Shown: positions 1 to 10,483, counted from the stretch's first letter. The stretch: 40,698 nt of DNA from an uncultured Bacteroides sp. (GCA_964554075.1 CAZKNB010000001.1:1-40698); one strand, 5' to 3'. Notes: generated by a model from the letters alone, not told the origin. Numbers and translations are program-made.

Positions 1-14
1 AAGCTTCGGTTTTT

Positions 15-45
15 TTTGTGCTCCCAAAGCTAATTTTTATCTTTG
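15..45 (+). promoter_or_regulatory. Bacteroidetes primary-sigma promoter for ribE
   Basis: TTTG (15-18), 19-nt spacer, TATCTTTG (38-45); matches the -33/-7 consensus TTTG-N19-21-TAnnTTTG. Confidence 0.7.
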
Positions 46-73
46 GCGAAGAATTACACTATGCAGAATATAA

Positions 74-234
74 CCGGACGCTATACATAGCGTCCCTACA
101 TTCCGACAGCATGGATGTTGAGGGGTAGAATGATGTTTGTTGTCAGTTGGAACATCCCTGCAAACCAATGAATATCCAATGAATTTTCAATATCCCCATA
201 GACCAAATGTAGGGTCGCTATGTATAGCGACCGG
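74..234. repeat. Inverted doublet of GTAG-type REP-like palindromes (REPIN/MITE-like)
   Basis: 74-102 CCGGACGCTATACATAGCGTCCCTACATT is the reverse complement of 206-234 except at 2 positions; each unit is GTAG followed by an 8-bp-stem hairpin. Confidence 0.8.
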
Positions 235-296
235 ATATCATAAAGCTTTTGTATTATTCATTTTATTGTGGATTAATAGAGAAAAATAGAGTATAT

Positions 297-899
297 ATGT
301 TTTCCGGAATAGTAGAAGAGTATGCCACTCTGGTGGCATTGGTGAAGGATCAGGAAAATATCCATTTCACCTTCAAGTGCTCGTTTGTCAGCGAGCTGAA
401 GATAGATCAGAGCATCTCTCATAATGGCGTTTGCCTCACTGTGGTCAGTCTGACCGACGACACCTATACGGTGACAGCCATGAAGGAGACCCTCGACCGT
501 TCAAACCTCGGTCTGCTCTCTGTTGGCGACAAGGTCAACGTGGAGCGCAGCATGATGATGAATGGTCGTCTGGATGGTCACATCGTTCAGGGCCATGTGG
601 ACCAGACCGCAACATGCGTGGCTGTCGACGATGCCGACGGCAGCTGGTATTTCACCTTCAAGTATGCTTTTGACAAGGAGATGGCTAAGCGTGGCTACAT
701 CACTGTGGACAAGGGTTCGGTTACAGTCAACGGAGTGAGCCTCACGGTTTGCAACCCAACCGACGACACCTTCCAGGTGGCCATCATCCCCTACACCTAC
801 GAACACACCAACTTCCACACCATCAAGCCGGGAAGTGTGGTCAACATTGAGTTTGACATCATCGGCAAGTATATCAGCCGTATGATTGCTTACAAATAG
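297..899 (+). CDS. ribE: Riboflavin synthase (alpha chain)
   Basis: N-terminal MFSGIVE motif, VNVER, GHIVQGHVD, VNIEFDIIGKY; ATG at 297 preferred over the TTG start of the ORF track. Confidence 0.95.
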   Translation: MFSGIVEEYATLVALVKDQENIHFTFKCSFVSELKIDQSISHNGVCLTVVSLTDDTYTVTAMKETLDRSNLGLLSVGDKVNVERSMMMNGRLDGHIVQGHVDQTATCVAVDDADGSWYFTFKYAFDKEMAKRGYITVDKGSVTVNGVSLTVCNPTDDTFQVAIIPYTYEHTNFHTIKPGSVVNIEFDIIGKYISRMIAYK

Positions 900-941
900 A
901 TTTGAAATTTTTTATTGTTCATGATTGGAACGGGCAGGGAG

Positions 942-2258
942 CTACAGATCTTTCAGTAGTATCTTGCTCGTTCTTTCGTAATACTCCTTCCTGGTTCTCT
1001 CCAGAATCTTCCACTCGTCACTGAACTCCTCCTCTTTATCAATCTTGAAGTTCTCCGAGCCATACTGGTCTATGCGCTCGAAGAGGAGAGCCACATTCAT
1101 CTGGTTGACATCGAAGGCGGGCTGGAAGCGCACCTCCTCGCTCTTCTTCTCTGCGGGTGTCTCCGAAATGAAGTTGATGGAGCCGAGCAGGTCGAGCGTC
1201 TGGCGGGTCAGGCGGATGGGGATATGATTCTCGAGCGAGATCTCCTCGGCAGTGTAGGCCCTCTCGCCATTGACGAAGCGCTTCACGATGAGCGACATGA
1301 TGAGCACCGTGATGAAGTCCTTGTAGCGGCGGGTGATGTTGCGCGTGTCCTTGTCGAAGCTGAAGTTCTGGATGTTCTGTCCGGCATAGGTCAGCGAGGC
1401 GCCGAAGAGGCAGATGGTCCATGACATCTGAAGCCAGAGCAGGAACATCGGGAGGGCAGCGAAGCTACCGTAGATGGCGTTGTAGCGCGACACCCATATC
1501 TGTCCGTCGATGTAGAGGTACTGAAACGCCTGATAGGCCGAACCTGCCAGCACACCGCCGATGAGTGCGTACTTAAACTTAACCCTCGTATTTGGCATGA
1601 TGATGTAGAGTCCCGTAAACATCGCCCAGGTCAGCACGTAGGGGATGAGGCGGATGAGGAATTTCATCACCGGCGCCAGAATTACGTAGTTGTCCATCTG
1701 CTTGAGCGTGGTGCTCATGAAGATGCTTATACCGGCCGAGAGAACGATGAGGATAGGTGTCAGAAGAAGCATGGAGAAGTAGTCGGTCACCATGCGATAC
1801 CATGTGCGCGCCTTCTTCACTCCCCAGATGCGGTTGAAGGTAATCTCAATGTTGTTGATCAGGTTGATCACCGTCCAGAGCAACATCACCAGACCTACGC
1901 CGATGAAGACTCCGCTCTTCGCCTCCGCCAGATAGGTGTCGACAAAGGTGAGTATGGTGCGTGCCGTCTCGGTGTTGCCCTCGAGACCCTGATAGAACTG
2001 CTGTTCCATAAGGTTGGCGAAGCCGAAGCCGCGCGCTATGGCGAAGACTATGGCAACGATGGGCACGATGGCCAGCAGGGTGCTGTAGGTCAGTGCCGAG
2101 GCCTTCGACACTATGCGGTCCTCCACAAAGCGGTCGATGCAGAGGTATATCGTCTTGATGATGTTGTAAAGGAAGAACTTCACGTGGGTCACTTCGTTGT
2201 CTGTGATACGCCAGATGTCGTAGGTCAGGAAGTGCCATATCTCTTGAATCTTTTTCAT
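942..2258 (-). CDS. YihY/virulence factor BrkB family membrane protein with C-terminal HTH-like domain
   Basis: ASALTYSTLLAIVP, FNRIW, YNAIYGSFAALPMFLLWL motifs; multiple hydrophobic helices. Confidence 0.88.
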   Translation of the reverse strand: MKKIQEIWHFLTYDIWRITDNEVTHVKFFLYNIIKTIYLCIDRFVEDRIVSKASALTYSTLLAIVPIVAIVFAIARGFGFANLMEQQFYQGLEGNTETARTILTFVDTYLAEAKSGVFIGVGLVMLLWTVINLINNIEITFNRIWGVKKARTWYRMVTDYFSMLLLTPILIVLSAGISIFMSTTLKQMDNYVILAPVMKFLIRLIPYVLTWAMFTGLYIIMPNTRVKFKYALIGGVLAGSAYQAFQYLYIDGQIWVSRYNAIYGSFAALPMFLLWLQMSWTICLFGASLTYAGQNIQNFSFDKDTRNITRRYKDFITVLIMSLIVKRFVNGERAYTAEEISLENHIPIRLTRQTLDLLGSINFISETPAEKKSEEVRFQPAFDVNQMNVALLFERIDQYGSENFKIDKEEEFSDEWKILERTRKEYYERTSKILLKDL

Positions 2259-2296
2259 AATACGGATTGTTAAGCTTAATGTGAATAAAAAAAGTA

Positions 2297-2667
2297 AAAG
2301 CAGTCAATCTGTAAGCCGGGTTCTGTCCCCTCAGCACAAGTGCCGAGGTGCCTGTCATTTATCTGAGTCGTGTGTCACCACACCACTTTAGCGGTCCACC
2401 CTCCGACATGGAGCGAGCAACTCTCTTAACGTCGGTATACATGACCTTACAACTCCTAAGACGTACAGCCTGACACGTCGCCGTGCAGCTGGTGGGCTCT
2501 TACCCCACCTTCTCACCCTTACCTCTCCGGGGAGAGGCGGTCATTCTCTTCTACGTTACTCTACCCTCGCGGACAGCTTTCTGTTAGGAAGTAGGATGCT
2601 CTGTGTTGCCCGGACTTTCCTCCTGCACGACCGAAATCGTACACGCGACAAGCCGATCAACTGCTTT
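2297..2667 (-). ncRNA. rnpB: RNase P RNA (bacterial class A)
   Basis: Minus strand reads GAGGAAAGTCCGGGC near the 5' end and ACAGAACCCGGCTTA near the 3' end; terminal P1 pairing AAAGCAGTTGATC/GATTGACTGCTTT; TATTTTTG -7 box at 2675-2682. Confidence 0.95.
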
Positions 2668-2788
2668 CAGCGTGCAAAAATAGACTATTTATTTGGCTTT
2701 TCATTAAAAAAGAGGGACAATCTTCTCTCTCATTTGGCGCTCTATACATATATTTGCACCTTATAAAATGTTTCCTATAGTTAACGTT

Positions 2789-3781
2789 ATGTATAAAAAT
2801 AGACTAATCATCACGGCTTTATGCTCTCTCGTGTGCTCTCTTTTCTCTGTTGTGGCGACGGCTGCAAATCTTTTCGTCTCCGACGGCGGCGGATATGCCC
2901 TGGTCAATGTGTCGGTCTGCAACGTGCGCCGCGAGGGTAAGTTTACATCGGGAATGGAGACGCAGGCGCTGCTGGGTACGCCTGTCCGTGTGCTCGGCTT
3001 CAATGGCTGGTACCAGATTCAGATGCCCGACGAATACACGGGGTGGGTTCATCGCATGGTGATTACTCCCGTCAGCGAGCAGGAGCTTTCGGAATGGAAC
3101 AGGGCTGAGAAGGTGGTGGTCACCGCCCTCTTCGGTCAGACCTTCGAACGTGCCGACGAGTCGTCGCAGAGTGTGTCGGATGTAGTTGCAGGCGACCGCC
3201 TCAAGCTGCTTGGTACCCACGGCCACTTCTTCCGTGTGGGCTATCCCGACGGACGCGTGGCATACATGCGCAAGCAGCTGGGAGCCGTGGAGAGCAGTTG
3301 GCGCAGGAGTGTCAGCCATTCGGCGGAGGATATATTGAAGACAGCCCATTCGATGATTGGCTTCCCATATCTCTGGGCAGGAATGTCGCCCAAGGGCATG
3401 GACTGCAGCGGCTTTGTGCGCACGGTGATGTTCATGCACGATATCATCCTGCCGCGCGACGCCTGGCAGCAGGCACTCATCGGCGACAGGATAGAGATTG
3501 CACCCGACCTCTCGAACCTGCGTCCTGCCGACCTCATCTTCTTCGGAAGCCGGGGCGAGAATGGTGCACGCGACAAGGTGTCGCACGTGGCTATATATAT
3601 AGGTGGCGGACGCTTCATCCATTCGCTTGGTGACGTCCACATCGGCAGCCTTGTCAGCGGAGACGAATACTACGACGCCTTCAACACCGGACGCCTGCTC
3701 TATGCCTCACGCGTGCTGCCATATATAAATAAGGTGAAGGAGATAACGACAATTGAGAACAACGAATATTACACAAAATAA
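2789..3781 (+). CDS. NlpC/P60 (C40) peptidase with SH3b domains, YkfC-like gamma-D-Glu-mDAP peptidase
   Basis: Signal peptide; ETQALLG SH3b motif; PYLWAG, DCSGFV (catalytic Cys), HVAIY; adjacent epimerase; alternative start 2768. Confidence 0.88.
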   Translation: MYKNRLIITALCSLVCSLFSVVATAANLFVSDGGGYALVNVSVCNVRREGKFTSGMETQALLGTPVRVLGFNGWYQIQMPDEYTGWVHRMVITPVSEQELSEWNRAEKVVVTALFGQTFERADESSQSVSDVVAGDRLKLLGTHGHFFRVGYPDGRVAYMRKQLGAVESSWRRSVSHSAEDILKTAHSMIGFPYLWAGMSPKGMDCSGFVRTVMFMHDIILPRDAWQQALIGDRIEIAPDLSNLRPADLIFFGSRGENGARDKVSHVAIYIGGGRFIHSLGDVHIGSLVSGDEYYDAFNTGRLLYASRVLPYINKVKEITTIENNEYYTK

Positions 3782-3798
3782 TTGAGGAGAGAAAGAGT

Positions 3799-4950
3799 AT
3801 GACAACCAGAAGAGATTTTCTGAAGACTGCAGCACTGGCGGGACTGAGCATGTCGCTGCCCATCAAGGCGATTGGTGCGACCGATGGCGTCGCCGAGCTG
3901 TTCAATGTGAACCGACGCGGACGAAGCGGAAAGATGACTATGCGCTTCTTCCCCTATACGCTCAACCTGAAGCATGTCTTCACCGTATCCTCCTTCTCGC
4001 GATCCACGACACCGGATGTGCAGGTGGAGATTGAGTATGACGGAGTGGTGGGCTACGGCGAGGCTTCTATGCCGCCCTATCTGGGGCAGAGCGTAGAGAC
4101 GGTGATGGCCTTCCTGCAGCGTGTCGACCTCAGCCAGTTCAGCGACCCGACTCAGCTGGAGGATATCCTGGCCTACGTTGACAGTCTGAGCGAGGGCGAC
4201 ACGGCAGCAAAGGCGGCTGTCGACATCGCGCTCCACGACCTAGTCGGCAAACTCATCGGCGCACCGTGGTATAAGCTCTGGGGACTCAATCCGGCTAAGA
4301 CACCATCAACTACATATACGATAGGAATAGACACCACCGAGGTGATGAAGCAGAAGACACTCGAGGTGGCGGGAGAGTTCAACGTGCTGAAGGTGAAGCT
4401 TGGTCGCGACACCGACAAGGAGATGATTGAGGCAATACGCTCGGTCAGCGACCTCCCGATAGCCGTCGACGTGAACCAGGGCTGGACCGACCGCAGCTAT
4501 GCGCTCGACATGATCTGCTGGCTCAAGGAGCATGGCGTGGTCATGGTGGAGCAGCCGATGCCTAAGGATAGGCTCGACGACACGGCGTGGGTCACCGAAC
4601 ACAGTCCGCTCCCCATCTTTGCCGACGAATCGCTTCAGCGTCTGAAGGACATACTGCCGCTGAAGGGAGTCTTCTCCGGCATTAACATAAAACTGATGAA
4701 GTGTGGTGGTATGCGCGAGGCGTGGAAGATGGTCAACATGGCACGTACGCTCGACATGAAGGTGATGGTGGGCTGCATGACGGAGACCTCGTGCGCCGTT
4801 TCGGCAGCTGCACAGCTCTCACCGGCGGTCGACTTTGCCGACCTCGACGGCAATCTCCTGATCTCTAACGATAGGTTCATCGGCATGAAAGTAGTTAACG
4901 GAAAGATAACTCTGAACGAGCTGCCAGGCATCGGTTTAACTAAATTATAA
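3799..4950 (+). CDS. L-Ala-D/L-Glu dipeptide epimerase (enolase superfamily, YkfB-like) with Tat signal
   Basis: TRRDFLK Tat motif; KVK, DVNQGW, EQP, DES, NIKLMKCGG, DLDG motifs. Confidence 0.9.
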   Translation: MTTRRDFLKTAALAGLSMSLPIKAIGATDGVAELFNVNRRGRSGKMTMRFFPYTLNLKHVFTVSSFSRSTTPDVQVEIEYDGVVGYGEASMPPYLGQSVETVMAFLQRVDLSQFSDPTQLEDILAYVDSLSEGDTAAKAAVDIALHDLVGKLIGAPWYKLWGLNPAKTPSTTYTIGIDTTEVMKQKTLEVAGEFNVLKVKLGRDTDKEMIEAIRSVSDLPIAVDVNQGWTDRSYALDMICWLKEHGVVMVEQPMPKDRLDDTAWVTEHSPLPIFADESLQRLKDILPLKGVFSGINIKLMKCGGMREAWKMVNMARTLDMKVMVGCMTETSCAVSAAAQLSPAVDFADLDGNLLISNDRFIGMKVVNGKITLNELPGIGLTKL

Positions 4951-5113
4951 ATCGAAGATGTTATGGTTAAGTGCTGTTAAGCCATTCGATTCAGTATTAA
5001 AAGAGGCTAAAAAAGAGAGCTTAAGAGAATACTCGAATAATATTTCGCTTTAATTTAACGCCAAATAGTTAAAGCGCGAACATATTATTAACATATAAGG
5101 AAAGGAATCTAGT

Positions 5114-6649
5114 ATGAGACAGACAACAAAAAACATCCTTGGGATAAGTGCAGTTGTATTACTAAGCGCAGGAGTTGCCGGTTTTACAACTTATCAGATG
5201 CAAAGAATAGAGGCAAACAAAACACTTGCATTCGATGACATTTTCAAAACCGATTCAAACGCAAGACTTGCAGCTTTGCAGGCAGGTTCGGGTCAGCTCG
5301 TCGACTTGACACAAGCAGCTGAAAACTCATTGCATGCTGTGGTGCACATCCAATCTACTCAGCAAGCTAAGACCCAGACAGTTCAGGCTCCTACTGATAT
5401 ATTCGACTTCTTCTTCGGTGACGGCGGACGACGCATGCAACAGCAGCAGACGCAGCCGAGGATTGGCTTCGGTTCGGGTGTCATCATCTCTACCGATGGC
5501 TACATCGTGACCAACAACCACGTTATCGATGGCGCCGACGAGATTACCGTCAAGCTCAACGATAACCGTGAGTTCAAGGGCCGCATCATCGGTGCCGACT
5601 CAAACACCGACCTTGCCCTCATCAAGATTGAGGCTAAGGATGAGCTGCCTACAATCCCTGTCGGCAATTCCGACAACCTGAAGGTGGGCGAGTGGGTGCT
5701 TGCCGTAGGTAACCCATTCAACCTCAACTCTACCGTAACAGCCGGCATCGTGAGTGCCAAGGCTCGTACGCTGGGTGTCTACAATGGTGGCATCGAGTCC
5801 TTCATCCAGACCGATGCGGCTATCAATCAGGGCAACAGTGGTGGTGCACTGGTCAACGCACGTGGCGAACTGGTCGGCATCAACTCCGTGCTCTCATCAC
5901 CGACGGGAGCCTATGCAGGCTACGGCTTCGCAATCCCAACGACAATCATGACCAAGGTGATTGCCGACCTTAAGGAGTATGGCACCGTGCAGCGTGCATT
6001 GCTTGGCATCAAGGGTGCATCGCTCGGCGGCAACCTGATTGACGACCAGCAGGTCATCGACAAGAGCGGAACGAAGCTCAGCGACAAGGCTAAGGAGCTC
6101 GGAGTCGTTGACGGCGTATGGGTAAACGAGATTGTCGAGGGCGGTTCTGCAGCATCGGCAGATATCAAAGTCGACGATGTCATCGTTGGAATCGGTGATA
6201 AGGCAGTCCACGGCATGGCAGACCTCCAGGAGGCACTCGCTCAGCATCGTCCGGGCGACAAGGTAACAGTGAAGCTGGTACGCGCCAAGAAGGAGAAGAG
6301 CGTCAGCGTTACACTCAAGAACGAGCAGGGAACAACCAAGATAGTCAAGGACGCAGGCATGGAGATTCTCGGAGCATCATTCAAGGAGCTCTCCGACGAC
6401 GTTAAGCAGCAGCTCAACCTCGGCTACGGACTCCAGGTGACAGCTGTTGCATCGGGCAAGATGAAGGATGCCGGAGTGCAGAAGGGATTCATCATCCTTA
6501 AGGCCAACGAACAGGCCATCCGCACGACCGACGACCTCGAGAGCGTGATGAAGGCAGCTGTCAAGTCACCCGACCCAGTGCTCGTACTGAAGGGCATTTT
6601 CCCGTCAGGAAAACGTTCATACTACGTGGTAGATCTCAGTCAGGAATAG
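5114..6649 (+). CDS. degP: HtrA/DegP serine endoprotease with PDZ domains
   Basis: TNNHV, DLALIK and GNSGGAL catalytic triad motifs; C-terminal PDZ regions. Confidence 0.93.
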   Translation: MRQTTKNILGISAVVLLSAGVAGFTTYQMQRIEANKTLAFDDIFKTDSNARLAALQAGSGQLVDLTQAAENSLHAVVHIQSTQQAKTQTVQAPTDIFDFFFGDGGRRMQQQQTQPRIGFGSGVIISTDGYIVTNNHVIDGADEITVKLNDNREFKGRIIGADSNTDLALIKIEAKDELPTIPVGNSDNLKVGEWVLAVGNPFNLNSTVTAGIVSAKARTLGVYNGGIESFIQTDAAINQGNSGGALVNARGELVGINSVLSSPTGAYAGYGFAIPTTIMTKVIADLKEYGTVQRALLGIKGASLGGNLIDDQQVIDKSGTKLSDKAKELGVVDGVWVNEIVEGGSAASADIKVDDVIVGIGDKAVHGMADLQEALAQHRPGDKVTVKLVRAKKEKSVSVTLKNEQGTTKIVKDAGMEILGASFKELSDDVKQQLNLGYGLQVTAVASGKMKDAGVQKGFIILKANEQAIRTTDDLESVMKAAVKSPDPVLVLKGIFPSGKRSYYVVDLSQE

Positions 6650-6765
6650 GCTTTAACAAAAGTTAGAGGTATTATAAAGTAATAAGTAGGGAAAAAATAC
6701 GTTAACTTATAGTACAGTGACAAATTATTTGTAGTAATTTTGCACACCTAATCTGTTTTATAAGC

Positions 6766-7626
6766 ATGAGACAATTAAAGATTACCAAAAGTATCACAAA
6801 CCGAGAAAGCGCCTCGCTTGACAAGTATCTGCAGGAGATTGGTCGTGAAGACCTGATCACTGTGGAGGAAGAGGTGGAGCTCGCTCAACGAATCCGTAAA
6901 GGAGACCGTGTGGCTTTGGAGAAGCTGACACGTGCCAATTTGCGCTTTGTTGTATCTGTAGCCAAACAGTATCAGAACCAGGGATTGAGCCTTCCTGACT
7001 TGATCAACGAGGGAAACCTGGGATTGATAAAGGCAGCTGAGAAGTTCGATGAGACTCGTGGTTTCAAGTTCATCAGTTACGCCGTTTGGTGGATTCGACA
7101 GTCTATCTTGCAGGCACTGGCAGAGCAGTCGCGTATCGTGCGCCTTCCGCTCAACCAGGTTGGTTCGCTCAACAAGATAAGCAAGGCCTTTTCAAAATTC
7201 GAACAGGAGAATGAGCGCCGTCCGTCACCCGAGGAGTTGGCCGATGAGCTCGAGATTCCGGTAGATAAGATTTCCGACACACTGAAGGTGTCCGGACGTC
7301 ATATCTCTGTCGATGCGCCCTTCGTTGAGGGTGAGGACAACAGTCTGCTCGATGTGCTCGTGAATGACGATTCGCCAATGGCCGACCGCTCACTGGTGAA
7401 CGAGTCGCTTGCGCGCGAGATTGACCGTGCTCTCTCTACTTTGACAGAACGTGAGAAGGATATCATCCAGATGTTCTTCGGAATCGGTCAGCAGGAGATG
7501 ACGCTTGAGGAGATTGGTGATAAGTTTGGATTGACACGTGAACGTGTGCGCCAGATCAAGGAGAAGGCTATTCGTCGTCTGCGCCAAAGCAACAGAAGTA
7601 AGTTATTGAAGTCCTACTTAGGATGA
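6766..7626 (+). CDS. rpoD: Primary RNA polymerase sigma-70 factor (short Bacteroidetes type lacking region 1.1)
   Basis: [40 protein letters not shown]; TAATTTTG -7 box at 6735-6742. Confidence 0.95.
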   Translation: MRQLKITKSITNRESASLDKYLQEIGREDLITVEEEVELAQRIRKGDRVALEKLTRANLRFVVSVAKQYQNQGLSLPDLINEGNLGLIKAAEKFDETRGFKFISYAVWWIRQSILQALAEQSRIVRLPLNQVGSLNKISKAFSKFEQENERRPSPEELADELEIPVDKISDTLKVSGRHISVDAPFVEGEDNSLLDVLVNDDSPMADRSLVNESLAREIDRALSTLTEREKDIIQMFFGIGQQEMTLEEIGDKFGLTRERVRQIKEKAIRRLRQSNRSKLLKSYLG

Positions 7627-7661
7627 GTCTACAAGAGGTATAGACAAACATAAAGGAAAAG

Positions 7662-7692
7662 AAAAGGTCGGAGCTTAGCTCCGACCTTTTTT
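7662..7692. terminator. Bidirectional intrinsic terminator between convergent genes
   Basis: AAAAGGTCGGAGC-TTA-GCTCCGACCTTTT with A/T tracts on both sides. Confidence 0.88.
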
Positions 7693-7711
7693 GTTGCTAT
7701 AAGCAAAAGTA

Positions 7712-7746
7712 TTACTTTACTCTTAACCCTTAACTCTTTACTCTTT
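7712..7746. repeat. Short tandem heptamer repeat (TTWACTC)
   Basis: TTTACTC TTAACCC TTAACTC TTTACTC; related tract at 11272-11299. Confidence 0.6.
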
Positions 7747-7747
7747 C

Positions 7748-8515
7748 TTACAGTCGCGTTGCGACTGTAAGACCGTCGTATGCCAGCTTCACTCCCTCCG
7801 GCAGCGTAGGATCTACTACGGCGTGCAGGCCGGCATGATGGCTCATGTGGATGAGGTAGGTCTCGCGTGCGCCAATCTTTGCAGCCAGTGCGACGGCCTC
7901 TTCTATTGTCTGGTGGGTAGGATGAGGCTCCGTACGCAGTGCGTTGAGCACCATCACGTCCACTCCCTTCAGCTGTTCCAGTGTCTCGTCGGGCATTGTC
8001 GACATATCGGTAACATAGCCCAGGCTGCCGCCGATGCGATAGCCCAGGATGGGCAGCTTGCCATGCATCACCTGTAACGGCATTACCTCGGTGCCGTTGA
8101 CGCTGAATGGCTTCAGTGGCTCAATCTCTCTCACTCTGATGCTCGGAACGCCGGGGTAGGGATGTTCGGCGAAGCAGTAGGGCATGCGCTCCTTCAGCTT
8201 GCCGCCAGTGTAGGCGTCGGCATAGATAGGCACAGAGCCGAAACGGCAGTGCGGGCGCAGGTCGTCGATACCTCCCACGTGGTCATAGTGCTCGTGGGTG
8301 ATCAGCACGGCATCAATCTTCTTGTATTCTACGCCCAGAATCTGCTGGCGGAAGTCCGGACCGCAGTCGATGAGTATCGTGGCCTCCCCGGTCTCAACGA
8401 GTGCCGAGGTGCGCAGGCGGTTGTCGCGCGGGTCTTTCGACTTGCAGACGGCGCACTGGCAACCAATCTCCGGTACGCCTGTCGATGTTCCGCTTCCTAG
8501 TATAGTTATCTTCAT
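7748..8515 (-). CDS. MBL-fold metallo-hydrolase (PhnP-like phosphodiesterase)
   Basis: LGSGTSTGVP, CxCxxC, THEHYDHVGG, IHMSH motifs. Confidence 0.88.
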   Translation of the reverse strand: MKITILGSGTSTGVPEIGCQCAVCKSKDPRDNRLRTSALVETGEATILIDCGPDFRQQILGVEYKKIDAVLITHEHYDHVGGIDDLRPHCRFGSVPIYADAYTGGKLKERMPYCFAEHPYPGVPSIRVREIEPLKPFSVNGTEVMPLQVMHGKLPILGYRIGGSLGYVTDMSTMPDETLEQLKGVDVMVLNALRTEPHPTHQTIEEAVALAAKIGARETYLIHMSHHAGLHAVVDPTLPEGVKLAYDGLTVATRL

Positions 8516-8555
8516 CACAATCTCTCTCTATATATATCTTACTGATTCTTTCCCT

Positions 8556-9569
8556 TTAGAATATGTTCACCTCCGGAGTGATCTTGAACTCTGGACCGAA
8601 CTTGTCGGTTACCGATTTCACTATCGCCTCTGCCAGCTCAAGTATCTCGCTTCCCGTTGCTCCGCCGCGGTTCACCAGCACCAGCGCCTGCTTCTCGTAG
8701 ACACCGGCGCGTCCCACTGTCTTGCCCTTCCATCCACACTGGTCGATGAGCCATCCTGCGGGAATCTTGTACTCGTTCTCCGAGATCTCGTAGTGCGGTA
8801 CGTTTGGATACTCCCTTTTGACTCTTTCGAATGTCTCAGCCGACACCACTGGGTTCATGAAGAAGCTTCCTGCGCTGCCAATCTCCTCCGGCTCCGGCAG
8901 TTTGCTCTTGCGGATGTTTATGATGGTGTCGCGCACCAGTCGCAGTGTAGGTTTCACGCCGAGGCTGTCGATGGCATCCTTCAGTGCTTTGTATTCCAGG
9001 TTGTACGACTCACTTTTTGAGAGGAAGATGTTGACGCTCACAACGATGTATTTCTTCATGTCCGGTCGCTTCAGCAGGCTCTTGCGATAGCCATACTCCA
9101 GCATCTCGTTGGTGAAGAACTGATAATCTCCCGTCTCCACGTCGAGTGCAATCAGCGAGCATGTCAGGTCATTGATCTCCGCTCCGTAGGCACCGATGTT
9201 CTGAACGGCAGCTGCGCCAATCTCTCCAGGGATGTGCGACAGGTTCTCTGCTCCGTAGAGGCCGTGCTCCACGCAGTATTCCACCACGTCGTCCCACTTC
9301 TCGCCCGATGCCACTCTGAGCATCACGTGGTTGTAGGGCATTTCAATCTCCTCGATACCCTTCATCTTCGAGTGAAGTATGGTTCCGTCGAAGTCCTTGG
9401 TGAAGAGCAGGTTGCTTCCGCCTCCGATGTGGAGGAATTTCTCCTTGAATACACCAGCCTTGACCATGTCGATGAGCTCTTTGGTCGATGAATATTCAAT
9501 GAATCTCTTGGCCTTAACGTCGATGCCAAATGTGTTGTAGGCTTTCAGTGAGTAGTTCGTTTGTTCCAT
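8556..9569 (-). CDS. murB: UDP-N-acetylmuramate dehydrogenase
   Basis: GGGSNLLF, IPGEIGAAAVQNIGAYG, GSAGSFFMNP, QALVLVN motifs. Confidence 0.95.
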   Translation of the reverse strand: MEQTNYSLKAYNTFGIDVKAKRFIEYSSTKELIDMVKAGVFKEKFLHIGGGSNLLFTKDFDGTILHSKMKGIEEIEMPYNHVMLRVASGEKWDDVVEYCVEHGLYGAENLSHIPGEIGAAAVQNIGAYGAEINDLTCSLIALDVETGDYQFFTNEMLEYGYRKSLLKRPDMKKYIVVSVNIFLSKSESYNLEYKALKDAIDSLGVKPTLRLVRDTIINIRKSKLPEPEEIGSAGSFFMNPVVSAETFERVKREYPNVPHYEISENEYKIPAGWLIDQCGWKGKTVGRAGVYEKQALVLVNRGGATGSEILELAEAIVKSVTDKFGPEFKITPEVNIF

Positions 9570-9622
9570 GATTGAAAAAATGTTATGGTGTTAGATTTAA
9601 AAATTCAGTATATCTCTCAGCG

Positions 9623-10483
9623 TCAGATGCCCACATCCTCAAACTTATACAGCTCCCATCCGCCACGTGAGCGGGTCTTGAAGTAGAAGACGTTGGAGAA
9701 TCCGTTACCCATGCCCTTGAGCATCAAGATCTTCTTTCCGGAAGGCTGACCGTCGTTGGGCGTAGAGCCGTAGCGTATGTTCGAGAGCTTGTCGGCCGGC
9801 AGGGTAGGCGAGAAGGCGAACCACTGGTTGATGTCGAGCGTCGTCTCGATCACTGCGAAGTCGTCGTCCGGGTCGGTAGTCACGAATGTGAGGTGCGGAC
9901 TTATGTGGGTAGTCTGGTAGAGACTATCTGTAGCAAACTGGCTGTAGAAGGAGATGAAGTCGGCAGTCGTGGCGTCGCTGATGGGGTGAATGGCAATCGA
10001 GTCGAGCGTCCATACACCATCCTTACGTCCGAAGCAGTACTGCTTCTGAGTGTTGTCGCCGGGGTAGAGCCACTCCACCGTGGCAGTGTTGACCGTCATG
10101 TCGTCGCCCAGATCCATATCCTCTTCGCGGTCGTAGAGCAAGGTGTAGTACTCCTCGTTGGTGAAGAGATCCTCGTGTTCCCACTCATTCTTTCCGATGG
10201 AGGTAACCTTGTCGCCGTTGCTCATTTTCAGCGGGAACTTGATACGTCGCATCTGCAGTGCGTGGTCGGAAGTGAAGTTGTAGATAAAGTCATCGAAGGC
10301 TCCGTCGAACTCTTTCTTCTCGCTCTCGGAGTCGGATTGCTGGTCCGTAGCGTTGGCAGAATCGCCTTTAAGCACGGAGTCCACCTCGCTAGTCAGTGCA
10401 GCAAAAGGGTCAATGTTTTTTTTACCTCCGCTACATGAGCACATCAAGGCAAGCAGAAGAAGTATGGCAACATTATATTTCAT
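9623..10483 (-). CDS. Conserved Bacteroidales lipoprotein (DUF4348-like)
   Basis: Lipobox ..MCSC; FDDFIYNF..RIKFPL and FYSQFATDS repeated subdomains; TATCTTTG -7 box at 10529-10536. Confidence 0.7.
   Translation of the reverse strand: MKYNVAILLLLALMCSCSGGKKNIDPFAALTSEVDSVLKGDSANATDQQSDSESEKKEFDGAFDDFIYNFTSDHALQMRRIKFPLKMSNGDKVTSIGKNEWEHEDLFTNEEYYTLLYDREEDMDLGDDMTVNTATVEWLYPGDNTQKQYCFGRKDGVWTLDSIAIHPISDATTADFISFYSQFATDSLYQTTHISPHLTFVTTDPDDDFAVIETTLDINQWFAFSPTLPADKLSNIRYGSTPNDGQPSGKKILMLKGMGNGFSNVFYFKTRSRGGWELYKFEDVGI

Noticed and set aside
74-234. CRISPR array or autonomous IS element
   Set aside because: The units are inverted and dispersed rather than regularly spaced direct repeats; no cas or transposase gene occurs in the window.
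46-296. FMN riboswitch upstream of ribE
   Set aside because: No AGGGCAGGGTGAAATTCCC-type core; the structure is explained by the REP-like doublet.
249-296. TTG-initiated N-terminal extension of RibE
   Set aside because: Riboflavin synthase begins with the MF(T/S)G motif, so ATG 297 is the credible start.
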